64,000 nucleotides of DNA from a virus, in the IMG/VR virus record IMGVR_UViG_3300030524_000001, one strand, 5' to 3'. The notes under the pieces were generated by a model, which saw only the letters and a program-made list of their open reading frames with translations, made no database searches and was not told the origin of the DNA. Below, one piece after another: positions 36,601-45,611 of the stretch. Made by a program: the position numbers and the translations under genes. Numbering within the stretch: position 1 is the first letter of the stretch; every line of letters starts with the position of its first letter.

Positions 36601-37048
36601 AGTTGTAGCCGTCCGCCGAGGCATCCGCGTAGAACGTGCCCGCCGCCTCGCGCAGCCGCCACCAGCCGTGCGCCGACGGGTCGTAGGCCGCCAGCGTTGT
36701 CGTCACGCCTGTCCCGGCCGTCGTCAGGACGAGCTGGAAGGCACCTGAGGACAGCCGCATCGCAACCGAGTTGCCCGTGTTCAGCGCCAGCACCATCGCG
36801 GTCTGGGTGTGGCCGCTGCCGTTCGCGACGGGCGTCACCTCGGCGTAGATGCTGCTGGACGTGGCGTCGAACAGCGTGTTGCTGCCGAACGTGTTCACGG
36901 TGCCGTTGACCGTCGGCTGCGCGAGGACCACCAAGTCGTTGACGCCGTCCAAGGTGGCCGCGCCGCCCGTGACATTCGACCAAACGGTGGCGTTGATCGC
37001 GCCCTCGTTGAACGCGTCCGACAAGGTGGACAACTTCGGATTGCTCAC
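33614..37048 (-). CDS. multidomain tail-tip/baseplate protein with carbohydrate-binding and LamG-like domains
   Basis: Directly after tape measure; Dit/hub-like segments (RGKQYELD, ENGQHFVDTSGTITF, ISNIVQVT) plus CBM-like IHVDGMQLE and WHLLIFGY. Confidence 0.75.
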   Translation of the reverse strand: MSNPKLSTLSDAFNEGAINATVWSNVTGGAATLDGVNDLVVLAQPTVNGTVNTFGSNTLFDATSSSIYAEVTPVANGSGHTQTAMVLALNTGNSVAMRLSSGAFQLVLTTAGTGVTTTLAAYDPSAHGWWRLREAAGTFYADASADGYNWAILASTTYSWSAAGVTVAFQASASATEVAGNTAALSHVNTMVGGPININWPTLADDWAPYWNSNGGDAPLDRYVSLASRIEGQSSVTRGKQYELDECRSGEAAAVLANTDGTLDPLNAAGPYFGHIMPYQPWRRRMMWPPCRNLLSQVMATGGDSGGFGAGLIPQGQGGIDVFSATDSTGGSIVTTASAWQGSSVFQFAVPSGTVAPTRIVYSPQVGVDLTAQYAFQAQVRNLTASTTLHVQAFLGWYTPGTTSPTSYTYGPAVTLTGSTTAAWSQVTVTATPPSTAAGMAYGVAVQTTAAATCTIHVDGMQLEEAATPSSWACPGVWYGVWAGGTENWPASWDMGGVYGLVSASGVDIMGALSQVTLTDPLTQEITSRGPRFLYELNDPSGSVSATDATGNNAAAVVENGKYGPGSLVFGTSITAANTVTGEYLGSTGSVMTLANLDPGTTDIAGATFLSLNKAAITGPTNPALWTRMIAFRYTGPMPTYRAYLWSGMDSQRSGGNPSGSQISVYLDSTGEPAVVIQGPTGANENVYFGGATNCVDSNWHLLIFGYNAATAQIMASQDGAIGAYYGSVSAAVQPTGLIADNVGGWVDATVGNGTAYNYAGDLSYVAEWPAFDTTTATITALYSAWKSACAGESSDARYARILRYAGYTGNTSLQAGVTTDMGPATDISGSDALSCLQACVDAENGQHFVDTSGTITFQSRGARYNATTPVYVFGEDVAAGEWPYEDVQPSLDPTQISNIVQVTQNSSSQVFTAQDATSQTDYFPRTLQRTINVVSTLECQAAAQYLVSRYKQPATRIASMVLHPSANPAMWPVCLSLELGMRITVNRRPPAAPASSIPCFVEAINIVWDDQGDATWTLQCSPVDLTAYGIFTSFHTTLHSTIAANASSITINAGADNTNLAAAQLSTGQQLVLSQNLSTQETVTIKAVAATSPGWTTCVITLASNTLNAHTAGDIVCEPLPAGVTNPAQYDAVGQFDNACFSY

Positions 37049-37116
37049 CGGGCACCACCGATCCAGTGCCCGGCGGCACCCGTTGCGTCTTCAGTTGACG
37101 GACAGTCCGGGGCAGG

Positions 37117-40100
37117 TCAGCGCCGGTACGGCTGGTACGTCTGAGAGTTGCGCATACCCAGCTGCAAGAACTGCCTCTGGATCTGATCCCGCAAGTTTTT
37201 CTCCGACGTCACCGTGCCCGCGACGTTGACCGTCACGTTGTAGACCGTGCCGCTGCCACCGCCGGCGGTGCTGCCACCGCCGGCCATGGCCAGGGCCCGG
37301 GATCCGGCCATGGCCCGCGACCCGGCGGCGATGACGCCCTTCGCCATCTGTGTGGAGGCGGCTGCCGTGCTCGGGCCGCCCGCGATCAGGCCGTTGACGA
37401 GGCCCTCGGTCACGCCGAGGCCGATCTCGTGGAACACCTTCGACGGCGAGTTGATCCCCAGGATCTTCAGGACCGGACCCGGGACCACGTCCTTGATCAG
37501 CCCCATGATCGCCCCGGCGATCCACGAGCCCATCGACTGGATGCCGTTCCACAGGCCCTCGATGATCGAAACGCCTGCGTTGTAGAGCCACGACCCGGCG
37601 TCGTTGAACCAGCCGAGGATCCGGCCCGGCAGCCCGGCCAGCCACGACGCGGCTTTCTCGCCCGCGCTGACGATGTCGGACCAGGCCTGCGACGCCCCGT
37701 GGACTAGCGACGTGAACGCGTTTTCGATGCCGTGGACCGCTGGCATGATCGCGTTGTTCCAGAGCCACTCCGCTGCCTTCGCGATCCCGTTGAAGGCGTC
37801 CTGGATCAACTTCCAGGCTTCCTTCGCCGCGTCCTGGATCAGGCCCCAGGCGGCGATCCAGAAATCACGGAAGCCCTTGAAATGGTCCCAGCAATACAGG
37901 AAAGCGATCACCAGCAAACCGATCGCGATGACGATCAGCCCGATGGGGTTGGCGTCCATCGCGACGTCGAGTTCGCCCGTCGCAACTGCTTCGCCCTCGG
38001 TCGCGCCCTCGGCGAGTTCCTCGGCGTCCTTCAGGCCGGTGATGGCGTTCTTCATGTTCAAGATGCCCTGCCACGCGGTCTTCGCGCCGCCCGAAAGCGT
38101 CGACCAGCCGGTCTTGAAGGTGCCGCCCAGCTTCGAGAACAGGCCCTCGACCGCCGGGACCGCGTTGCCTTCCTCGTCCTCCATCGCCTCCGCGCCGAAG
38201 ATCGCAGCCCACCCCGACTGGGCCCCCTGGACGAGCGAATCCCAGCCCGTCTGCATCTTGTCGAGGATCTTCGGGAAGAAGCCCTTGACCGCGGGGATGA
38301 CGTTGCCTTCTTCGTCGGTGGCCTCCTCCGCGCCGAAGACCTTTCCCCAGCCGGACTTCACAGCGCCGACCAGGGACGTAAAGCCAGACTTGAACAGCTT
38401 CCCGATCTTCGGGAAGAAGCCCTGGATCTGGCCGATGACGTTGCCCTCTTCATCGGTGACGTCCTGGGTGGCGAAGACCTTCATCCACCCGGTCTTCGCG
38501 GCGCCGGCGAGCGACGTCCACCCGGACTTGAACTTCTTGAGCAGCTTGGGGAAGAAGCCCTGCACTACGCCGGTGACGTTGCCTTCGTCGTCCTTGATTT
38601 CCTGCGTGCCGAAGAGCTTCGCCCAGCCGGACTTGATGCTCGCGAAACCGCTCTTGAAGATCCGCTGCAGCTTGGGGAAGAACCCTTCGATCGCGGGGAT
38701 GGCCTTGCCCTCGGCGTCCTTGGTCGCCTCCGCGCCGAAGAGGTTCGCCCACATGCTCTTCACGGACGTCACGATCTGCTTGCTCTGGTTGATCGGGAAC
38801 GTGATGATGCTCTTCGCGAGCCCCGCGATCGCCATGATCGGCTTGATGACCGCGAGCGCTGCGAGCCGCAGCGCCAGTGGCGCGAGGAACGCGCCGACGA
38901 TCCAATCCATGATCGTCTTGTGCTTCTCGGCGAAATCCGCCAGACCCTTCAACGCCGGAGTCACCGCCGTCGACAGGATCGACCCCAAAATCGACAGCGC
39001 ACCCAGAACCGCGCCACCCACCAGCGTCGCCAGCGCCGGGCCCACCGTCTTCACCAGCACCGCCCCGAGACGGGCCGCGGCCTCCACAAACTTGCCGACA
39101 TCGTCCGCGACGGTCTTCAACGTCTGCCCGACCTGCTGCCACGCCGTCAACGGCGGCGGCGCAGGCAGTGCACCGCCCCCCTCCTGCATCCGCGCATTGA
39201 GGCCCTGCGCCGGTGCCGGTGCCTTGCCCGCCGCACCCGAGAACCCCGACGCGATACCCGACAGGGCCGTTCCCAGAGTGTGGAGCGCCGGGATCCCGTG
39301 GGACATGACGTAGCCGATGAACTCCGAGAACACCGGGATGAGCCCGTCGCCGATGCGGATCAGCAGCGCATCGAAACCGGCCTTCAAGTCCTTGAGCTGC
39401 TGGCCCAGGTTTTTCTGCACCAGTGCGAAGCCGCGCACGTTGCCCTGCGCATCGGCTGACGCCTTGTTGACCGCGATGATGCCGTTGGCGGTGGCCTGGA
39501 AGTTTTCGCCCGTCGTCGCCAGCGCCGCGTTCGCGCCGGGCGCGGTACCCATCAGCTGCTTGAGGATGCTCGCGAACTCGGGCGTGCCCTCCTTCGCGGA
39601 CTTCGAGGCGATCTGCGACACGTACTCCATGCCGTCCGTCAACCCGTTCGGCCCGGCCAGCTTCTCCTTCAGGACGTCACTGGACAGCCCGTACTTCGTG
39701 AACGCGCCCTGCATGACCGCCGTCGGAGTCAGCAGCGAACGCAGCGCCTGGGCCAGGTTCTGGGAGGCCCGGGCGGCAGGGAAGCCGTGGTTGGTCATCT
39801 CCGCCAGCGCAGCCGCCACGTCCGCGAAGGAGATCCCCGCCGCCGACGCCGCAGGCACGATGCTCGCGAACGCCCCCGAGAAGTCCTGCAGGTTCGTCTT
39901 GCCGCCCGCAACAGCCGCGATCATCTCCGACGTCACGGTCGCGGCGTCCTGCGCGGGCTTGTGGTAGTCGACGAGGACGTCCGTCAGCGCCTGCGCAACG
40001 GTCGTGGTGTCCGCGCCCTCCGCCGCCGCGCCCTGCGCAGCCGCTTTGAGGACCGTCAGGCCGTCCGCGGCGTGGAAACCGGCGGCCTCGACGTAGTACA

Positions 40101-40896
40101 TGGCCTGCGACAGGTCGTCCGCAGACACGCCGACCTGCCCGGCCATGCTCAGCATCCCCGAGCGGACCACCCCCAGGTTCGAGGAGATCTCCCCGGCGGA
40201 GGTGACCAGCCGCGTCGTGCTCGACTGGAACGTCGTCGCGGCCTTGACCGACTCGTAGCCGATCGCCGCGATCGACAGCGGCACCGCAGCCTTGAGCAGG
40301 CCCGACATCTCACCCAGGCCCAGGAACTTGGACCCGAGCCCTTCGGTCGCCTCACCCGCCTCCGCGGACGAAGCCTCGACGGACTCGCCCATCTCCACCG
40401 CAGCGGCCTTGATCTCACCGGCGGCCTCGGCGATCGCAGCAGCGGCCTCGCGCATCGACGCGACGATGTCCTCGCCCATGGCGCCCATGGACAGGCCTGC
40501 AGCCTTGGCTTCCTCACCCATCGCGGACAGGCCCTCGGACGCCTCGACGGAGGCAGCCTTGACGGCCTCCGCCATCGACGCCGACGCCTCGGCCATCGCA
40601 GCGAAACCCGTGTCGATCGCCTCAGCGGCATCATCGGCGGCAGCGGAGACAGAGGCCGTGGACTTGGCCATCGACCGCATGGAGGTGCTTGCGGACTTCG
40701 CCGCAGTCTTGATGGCCGTGAAGCTTTCGACGCCCGCGTCGAGGGACGCGAAGACCTCGTCGACGGCATCGCCCATCGCCGCAGCGGCCTCGGTGAGGTC
40801 CTCGAACGCTGCGACGGTGCTGGCGATGGCCTTGATGGCGTCGGCCGCCGTGCCGCCCAGCTCGATCATGATCGGGGGGATCAGGGAATCGCCCAC
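37117..40896 (-). CDS. tape measure protein
   Basis: 1259 aa, Ala/Gly-rich helical, minor-tail core (MYYVEAAGF...GKTNLQDF), aromatic repeats, position after chaperones. Confidence 0.95.
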   Translation of the reverse strand: MGDSLIPPIMIELGGTAADAIKAIASTVAAFEDLTEAAAAMGDAVDEVFASLDAGVESFTAIKTAAKSASTSMRSMAKSTASVSAAADDAAEAIDTGFAAMAEASASMAEAVKAASVEASEGLSAMGEEAKAAGLSMGAMGEDIVASMREAAAAIAEAAGEIKAAAVEMGESVEASSAEAGEATEGLGSKFLGLGEMSGLLKAAVPLSIAAIGYESVKAATTFQSSTTRLVTSAGEISSNLGVVRSGMLSMAGQVGVSADDLSQAMYYVEAAGFHAADGLTVLKAAAQGAAAEGADTTTVAQALTDVLVDYHKPAQDAATVTSEMIAAVAGGKTNLQDFSGAFASIVPAASAAGISFADVAAALAEMTNHGFPAARASQNLAQALRSLLTPTAVMQGAFTKYGLSSDVLKEKLAGPNGLTDGMEYVSQIASKSAKEGTPEFASILKQLMGTAPGANAALATTGENFQATANGIIAVNKASADAQGNVRGFALVQKNLGQQLKDLKAGFDALLIRIGDGLIPVFSEFIGYVMSHGIPALHTLGTALSGIASGFSGAAGKAPAPAQGLNARMQEGGGALPAPPPLTAWQQVGQTLKTVADDVGKFVEAAARLGAVLVKTVGPALATLVGGAVLGALSILGSILSTAVTPALKGLADFAEKHKTIMDWIVGAFLAPLALRLAALAVIKPIMAIAGLAKSIITFPINQSKQIVTSVKSMWANLFGAEATKDAEGKAIPAIEGFFPKLQRIFKSGFASIKSGWAKLFGTQEIKDDEGNVTGVVQGFFPKLLKKFKSGWTSLAGAAKTGWMKVFATQDVTDEEGNVIGQIQGFFPKIGKLFKSGFTSLVGAVKSGWGKVFGAEEATDEEGNVIPAVKGFFPKILDKMQTGWDSLVQGAQSGWAAIFGAEAMEDEEGNAVPAVEGLFSKLGGTFKTGWSTLSGGAKTAWQGILNMKNAITGLKDAEELAEGATEGEAVATGELDVAMDANPIGLIVIAIGLLVIAFLYCWDHFKGFRDFWIAAWGLIQDAAKEAWKLIQDAFNGIAKAAEWLWNNAIMPAVHGIENAFTSLVHGASQAWSDIVSAGEKAASWLAGLPGRILGWFNDAGSWLYNAGVSIIEGLWNGIQSMGSWIAGAIMGLIKDVVPGPVLKILGINSPSKVFHEIGLGVTEGLVNGLIAGGPSTAAASTQMAKGVIAAGSRAMAGSRALAMAGGGSTAGGGSGTVYNVTVNVAGTVTSEKNLRDQIQRQFLQLGMRNSQTYQPYRR

Positions 40897-40938
40897 CGCG
40901 CACCCCCGCCCGGTCGGTTCAAGCAGGAGGCGGGCGGG

Positions 40939-41394
40939 TCAGGCTGAGATGGCCTCGGCCCAGAAGCGGGCGAACGTGTCCCTCAGGTCACCGGAGGCCA
41001 CGGTGTCCATGGCGGCCGGTTTGAGGTACGGGCGCGGCGGCAGGTGCGAGCGGTGGCCGCGCCCCGCCCAGCCGCCCAGCTCCTGGATGCGGGAGTAGAC
41101 CAGGCCGCTGGACAGGGTGCACACCCAGCCGCCGATGCCGTCGGGGGTGGGCATGGTGTGCGTCCAGGAGTTCTGCAGCGTGCCGTCGATCTTCGCGGGC
41201 GGCTGGCCGCGCGGCGACGGCGTCCTGGTGCCGCGCGTGTGCGAGTAGCGCTCCAAGCTGGAGCGGGCACGCTTCTCGACCAGGTCCCGGGATGCTTCGG
41301 CGGCCTGCGCGGTCGCCGTGTCCAGGCGCGCAGCCATCGCCCGCAGCGCGGCGACCGCGTCGCTGATCCCGCTGACCGCAACGGTGAGGGGCAT
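40939..41394 (-). CDS. HK97 gp10-like tail-completion/neck protein
   Basis: GQPPAKIDGTLQNSW...YSRIQELGG...LPPRPYLKPA. Confidence 0.75.
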   Translation of the reverse strand: MPLTVAVSGISDAVAALRAMAARLDTATAQAAEASRDLVEKRARSSLERYSHTRGTRTPSPRGQPPAKIDGTLQNSWTHTMPTPDGIGGWVCTLSSGLVYSRIQELGGWAGRGHRSHLPPRPYLKPAAMDTVASGDLRDTFARFWAEAISA

Positions 41395-41404
41395 CGCACA
41401 CCCC

Positions 41405-41667
41405 CTACTTCCGCGACTTCTTCTCGGTCTTCTTGCGCTCCCTCTCCTCGGCCTCCGCGATCAGGCCGAGGAAGTCCATGCTGTAGCGGCGCACATAGTA
41501 GGGAGTGGCCTCCAACTGCTGCCACGACCAGCGCATGCGCTTCATGAGCACGAAGTCGCGCCACTCCGCGGGCGCAGGTTCGGAGTGGCCCCAGGTCCCG
41601 CCGAGGATGCTCTCCACCGGGAGCAGCACGTCCTCGAAATAGGGATCACCGGGGCCTACGTGGGGTT
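41405..41667 (-). CDS. tail assembly chaperone, -1 frameshift extension (G-T type)
   Basis: The -1 frame reads KPHVGPGDPYFEDVLL...FVLMKRMRWSWQQLEATP and has no start codon of its own near the junction. Confidence 0.75.
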
Positions 41668-42087
41668 TGCCCCGCCGGCCTTGAACTCCTCCGCCAAGCG
41701 GTTCGTGATCGCGAGCGGCAGCTGTGCGACGGTCTCCAGTGACGGCTTGCCGAGGGGGGCCTGCTCGCGGGATTCCAGGCGCGCCATGAGTGCTTCGAGG
41801 TCGCTGTCGTCGTCGAGGTCGATGTCGGCGAGGTCTTCGGTGGCGGGGTAGATGTTGCGCCACGCGACGATGACTTCGACCAGCACTTCGGTCATGGCGG
41901 CGCGCTGTACCGCGCGGTCGGGGGATTCGCTGGCGGCGACGACGGCTTCGATCTTCTCGGGGGGCAGGAGCTTGGGGTTGCGGATCAGGATGGATCCGCC
42001 TGCGGAGAGGTGGGAGAAGTCGACGAGCTTGAAGCGCTCGGTGTAGCCGGTGCCCCGGGGTGTTTCGGGGGTCTTCTTGGCGGTCAT
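41656..42087 (-). CDS. tail assembly chaperone
   Basis: Between major tail and tape measure genes; AGGAG RBS before ATG 42087. Confidence 0.8.
   Translation of the reverse strand: MTAKKTPETPRGTGYTERFKLVDFSHLSAGGSILIRNPKLLPPEKIEAVVAASESPDRAVQRAAMTEVLVEVIVAWRNIYPATEDLADIDLDDDSDLEALMARLESREQAPLGKPSLETVAQLPLAITNRLAEEFKAGGANPT
41662..41668 (-). other. -1 ribosomal slippery heptamer A AAC CCC
   Basis: X XXY YYZ in correct phase, two codons before the TAG; the -1 frame is open to 41405. Confidence 0.75.
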
Positions 42088-42201
42088 GGGGGTCTCCTGG
42101 TCGGGGCGTTGCGGGCGTGGGTGTTGGGCCCCGGTTGCGGCGACGCCCGACGCGCGCAACCGGGGAGTTGGAGGGGCTGCCACCGGGGCAGCCCTTGATC
42201 G

Positions 42202-43362
42202 TCAGTAGGCGGCGGTCGTGAAGTTCTTCAAGATCGCCTGGACGCTGCCGCCGTCGGTGGTGTTGTAGATCCCGTTGATCGCGAAGTCGGCCTTCGCGTA
42301 CGTCCCGGAGATGTCGGGCTTGCCCTTGGACCAGCCGGGCTGGCTCGTCGTCAGTGTCAGCGAACCGCCCGCCGCGTCGACGCCTGCGCCGACGGGCTGC
42401 GCCATGGTCATCGTCGTCGGGTTGTTCTGCAGCGCGCTCAAGTACAGGTTGTAGTCGGTGTCGTTCTCGTAGATCGCGGAGTAGGTGACGTCCGCGTCCA
42501 GGACGCCCGAGAAGACCTCGCGCGGCTGCTGGGAGCCATTCGAGGCGTGGATCGCCTCCGTGGGCCGCTTCAGGTCCATGGTGTAGGTCAGGCCGCGCGT
42601 CGAGGTCGCCCCCGCGTTGGTCATCGCGAACTGCCAGCCCAGCAGCGGTGCGGGCTCGCTGAATGTCGCGGTGATGCCGGTCTGCACGGCCGGGATCCAG
42701 CCGGTGAACTTGGCGTCGATCGTGCAGATCGCCTTCGGATCGACCTTGATCGACACGTCGGAGAGCATGCAGCCCGGGTAGCCCCAGTCCTCGAAGGAGT
42801 TGAACTCGGTGAGGCTGTACGTGGGCTTCAGGGTGGATGCGGACTGCTTGAACGTGTGCGTCGTCTGTGTCGCCACTGCCACGGAGGAGTTGTGGGCGTA
42901 CGTCAGCCCGGCGGCCGGGGCGGTGATCGGGATGGTGTAGGGCCCGGAGCCGGTCGGGACGCCGGTGGTGGCGTACTCGACCTTCAACCCGGTGTCGATC
43001 ATGATGGTGGAGCCGGTCGGGATCGTGACCGCCGTCGAGATCGACGTCGCGCCCGCGATCGTCGAGGACGACAGGGTGGTGGAGACCCCGGCCGTGACCG
43101 TGTCCGGACCGATGATCCGCAGCGCGTACCCGATCGAATCCGGATAGGCAGGGAACTCCAGGTCGACAGTGCTGCTGCCCGGACCCTGGTACAGGCCCTG
43201 CAGGTTCGAGTCGTTGCCCCGGTAGCTGAGGTCCTGGAGCTGGTCGAACACCGGCTCGAAGTCGATCTTCGTGCAGGGCAGGAAGTACGAGGGCGTCACC
43301 CACGTCCCCTGCGTAACTTCCTTCGCCAGGCCCACATAACCGGACCGCCCGAGCAGAGTCAT
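42202..43362 (-). CDS. major tail (tube) protein
   Basis: MTLLGRSGYVGLAKEVTQGT...YSLT...YPGCMLSDVSI; size and position. Confidence 0.85.
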   Translation of the reverse strand: MTLLGRSGYVGLAKEVTQGTWVTPSYFLPCTKIDFEPVFDQLQDLSYRGNDSNLQGLYQGPGSSTVDLEFPAYPDSIGYALRIIGPDTVTAGVSTTLSSSTIAGATSISTAVTIPTGSTIMIDTGLKVEYATTGVPTGSGPYTIPITAPAAGLTYAHNSSVAVATQTTHTFKQSASTLKPTYSLTEFNSFEDWGYPGCMLSDVSIKVDPKAICTIDAKFTGWIPAVQTGITATFSEPAPLLGWQFAMTNAGATSTRGLTYTMDLKRPTEAIHASNGSQQPREVFSGVLDADVTYSAIYENDTDYNLYLSALQNNPTTMTMAQPVGAGVDAAGGSLTLTTSQPGWSKGKPDISGTYAKADFAINGIYNTTDGGSVQAILKNFTTAAY

Positions 43363-43598
43363 CGCGGCCCACCTCCCTCGGGGGTGTCCGCAGCGGCAGG
43401 CCGCTTGCTCTTGATGGCGGTCTTCACGACCTCGGAATCAGGTGCCGATGCCTCGTCCCCGACCGGCGTCCAGCCAGCCAGGAGCACCGGATAGTCGGCC
43501 GTCTCACCGGGCAGCACCGCGTACGGCGCATCCCCGGCCCAGGTCCACGGATAGGCGGTGGTATTGCGCTGCAGCACGGCATCTCCCGGGGCAGTCAC
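43359..43598 (-). CDS. small virion-region hypothetical protein
   Basis: ATGA-coupled to major tail gene. Confidence 0.55.
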   Translation of the reverse strand: MTAPGDAVLQRNTTAYPWTWAGDAPYAVLPGETADYPVLLAGWTPVGDEASAPDSEVVKTAIKSKRPAAADTPEGGGPR

Positions 43599-43604
43599 GG
43601 CATG

Positions 43605-43635
43605 GAAAAAACCCCCGGCGGGACCCGCAGGGGGC
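43605..43635 (-). terminator. intrinsic-terminator-like hairpin with T6 tail
   Basis: Minus strand CCCCC-tgcgggtcccgcc-GGGGG-TTTTTT. Confidence 0.55.
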
Positions 43636-43660
43636 TGAAGAGAAAGGCAGGCGGGAGCAG

Positions 43661-44164
43661 TTAGGAGAGGTAGTCCCGGTCGTCGGCCGTGTAGGTGACC
43701 GTCGCCCGGAACTGGCCCTGACCGATGGCCTGCTCGGGATCACCGAAGTCGACGCCGATCACGCACGGGTCCTCGGCGACGGACATGAACCGTGCGCCGT
43801 GGGTCTTGTTGATCGGCACCACCAGAGGCCCGTTGACGCGCTGCAGCACCAGCTCGACGGCGTTGTCCATGGCCTGCTGCACGTCCTCGGCCGACCCGGA
43901 CTGCGACGACAGCGGCCAGATGATCCGCAGGACGAACGGATAGTGGATGATCTTCCGGCTGAAGCCGAACCGCTCCACCGAGATCGCCCGCCGCGTCACA
44001 TACAGCTGAATCTGACGCGTCGCCGCAGTGCGCGGCCAGTACGCCTGCACCACATCGAACGGACCACCCTGCGACGACAACAGCGCAGGCAAACCGTCGG
44101 CCGGGCTGTACGACGTCAACCAGTTGGTCTCACGGACAACCGCATCAGCAGTACCCACCGCCAC
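43661..44164 (-). CDS. tail terminator-like protein
   Basis: Position and size before major tail gene. Confidence 0.6.
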   Translation of the reverse strand: MAVGTADAVVRETNWLTSYSPADGLPALLSSQGGPFDVVQAYWPRTAATRQIQLYVTRRAISVERFGFSRKIIHYPFVLRIIWPLSSQSGSAEDVQQAMDNAVELVLQRVNGPLVVPINKTHGARFMSVAEDPCVIGVDFGDPEQAIGQGQFRATVTYTADDRDYLS

Positions 44165-44167
44165 CCC

Positions 44168-44593
44168 CTACCTCACGTGGTGATGAATCCGCCGGATCCG
44201 GCGAGACCGAGGCGAGGAGTTGCCGACCCGCGAACCCACGCGGCGCTTCGGCCGGTAGCCCATCTCGGACCGGTTCTGCCGCTGGGCAGCGGTGAGCGGT
44301 GAGCGCTGGCCGGCCCGCAGCACACGGTGACGCGACTTCCGGGCGGTCTTCCGCGCGGCCTTGCGGGCGGCGGTCTTCGCAGCCCTGGCCTTCGCGCGCG
44401 CGGCCTTCGCCGCGGCGAGCCGCGCCAGCCGTGCCTTCTTGCGCTCCGCATAGCGGGCCTTGAGCTTCGCAGCGATCTTCGCGCGAGTTGCTGCGGACTC
44501 CCTGTGCCCGTGGTGCTTGTGGTGCTTGCCCTTCAAGGCCTTCGAAATCTTGGCCTTCGTCGCCGCCGACATCGCCTTGCGCTTCGCCGCCAC
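44168..44593 (-). CDS. very basic Lys/Arg/Ala/His-rich protein with two NUMOD3-like motifs
   Basis: MSAATKAKISKALKGK and HRESAATRAKIAAKLK; GAGGGG RBS before GTG 44593. Confidence 0.65.
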   Translation of the reverse strand: MAAKRKAMSAATKAKISKALKGKHHKHHGHRESAATRAKIAAKLKARYAERKKARLARLAAAKAARAKARAAKTAARKAARKTARKSRHRVLRAGQRSPLTAAQRQNRSEMGYRPKRRVGSRVGNSSPRSRRIRRIHHHVR

Positions 44594-44595
44594 GG

Positions 44596-45249
44596 TCAGC
44601 CCCTCGCGTACGAGCCGACAATCTGCGTGGCCCGCGACCACAGGTCATCCGGATCATGCGACTGCACCGCCGGATCGAGCTCAGCGACCGCCAGGCTCGC
44701 CGTCGCGAACTTGCACGCCCGCACCAGCGACGACGGGACCGTCGAGTAGCCGCCCGAGTACGTGGACACGATCGTCGTCCCCGGCGGCACGAACGTCCCC
44801 AGCTGGAAACGCACATGCCCGGTGTCCGGCTCGTACTGCAACTGCGTCACATCCACGTCCTGGACGCCCGAGAACGAACGCAGCAACTGCACGCTCGTCA
44901 ACGACCCGGCCCAGTACTCGGGGGTGCGCGGCGGGAACTCCCGCAACCAGAAGTGCCGCACCAGCAGCGTCGAACCCAGCGACTGCGCCCGCGAGAACCC
45001 CAACTGCGACGTCGGATCCAACGGCACATACGCGTCGAGGGCATCCTCGATGTCCAAGGCGTCCGCGCGCTGCGTCTCAACCATGTCGGTGAACGGCGCC
45101 AGCCTGCGGTCGGCGTAGTCCTCCAGCATGCGGGTCGCTTCCATCAGCAGGTCCATCAGCGCATCGGTGGAGTAGTCCCGCACCAGGTCCGCCAAGGGCC
45201 CTTCCGAGAACTGGGCGGGCGTGGCCAGCGGCGCTACGGTGTCGGCCAC
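44596..45249 (-). CDS. head-to-tail adaptor
   Basis: LLMEATRMLEDYADRRL...TYSGGYSTVPSSLVRAC. Confidence 0.8.
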   Translation of the reverse strand: MADTVAPLATPAQFSEGPLADLVRDYSTDALMDLLMEATRMLEDYADRRLAPFTDMVETQRADALDIEDALDAYVPLDPTSQLGFSRAQSLGSTLLVRHFWLREFPPRTPEYWAGSLTSVQLLRSFSGVQDVDVTQLQYEPDTGHVRFQLGTFVPPGTTIVSTYSGGYSTVPSSLVRACKFATASLAVAELDPAVQSHDPDDLWSRATQIVGSYARG

Positions 45250-45258
45250 GACCGCCCC

Positions 45259-45531
45259 CTACTCTGCGACGGGCGTCTTGCGCGGACGTCCGACGCGCCT
45301 GGCCGGCGCCGGAGTGTCGGACTGCTCGCCGTTGTCGCTGTTGTCGTCATCGGCCGGGTCTGGCTCGGGCTCCGGAGCGACCTCGGGCGGTGCGATCTCG
45401 GAGAAGCCCGCGTCGCGGATACCGAGGAGCTGCAGACCGAGATCGTAGGGGACCTCGACCGCATCCTCGGCGGTCGTCCAGCTATAGCCGCCCGGCGCCG
45501 ACCCGGGCGCACGGCTCTTGCGCAGCCACAT
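45259..45531 (-). CDS. small head-region protein
   Basis: AAGGAGG RBS; acidic linker and RRVGRPRK tail. Confidence 0.6.
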   Translation of the reverse strand: MWLRKSRAPGSAPGGYSWTTAEDAVEVPYDLGLQLLGIRDAGFSEIAPPEVAPEPEPDPADDDNSDNGEQSDTPAPARRVGRPRKTPVAE

Positions 45532-45611
45532 GGACTGTCGCCTCCTTCAAGGAGTTGCAGGGGATGAGCTGGCCCCGGCCGAGGACTGGTCGGCCGGGGC
45601 CTGGCGCGGGA

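Noticed and set aside
41405-43372. 655-aa minus-strand ORF spanning tail tube and chaperone
   Set aside because: Shadow frame; only its 3' end is the -1 frameshift extension of the chaperone.
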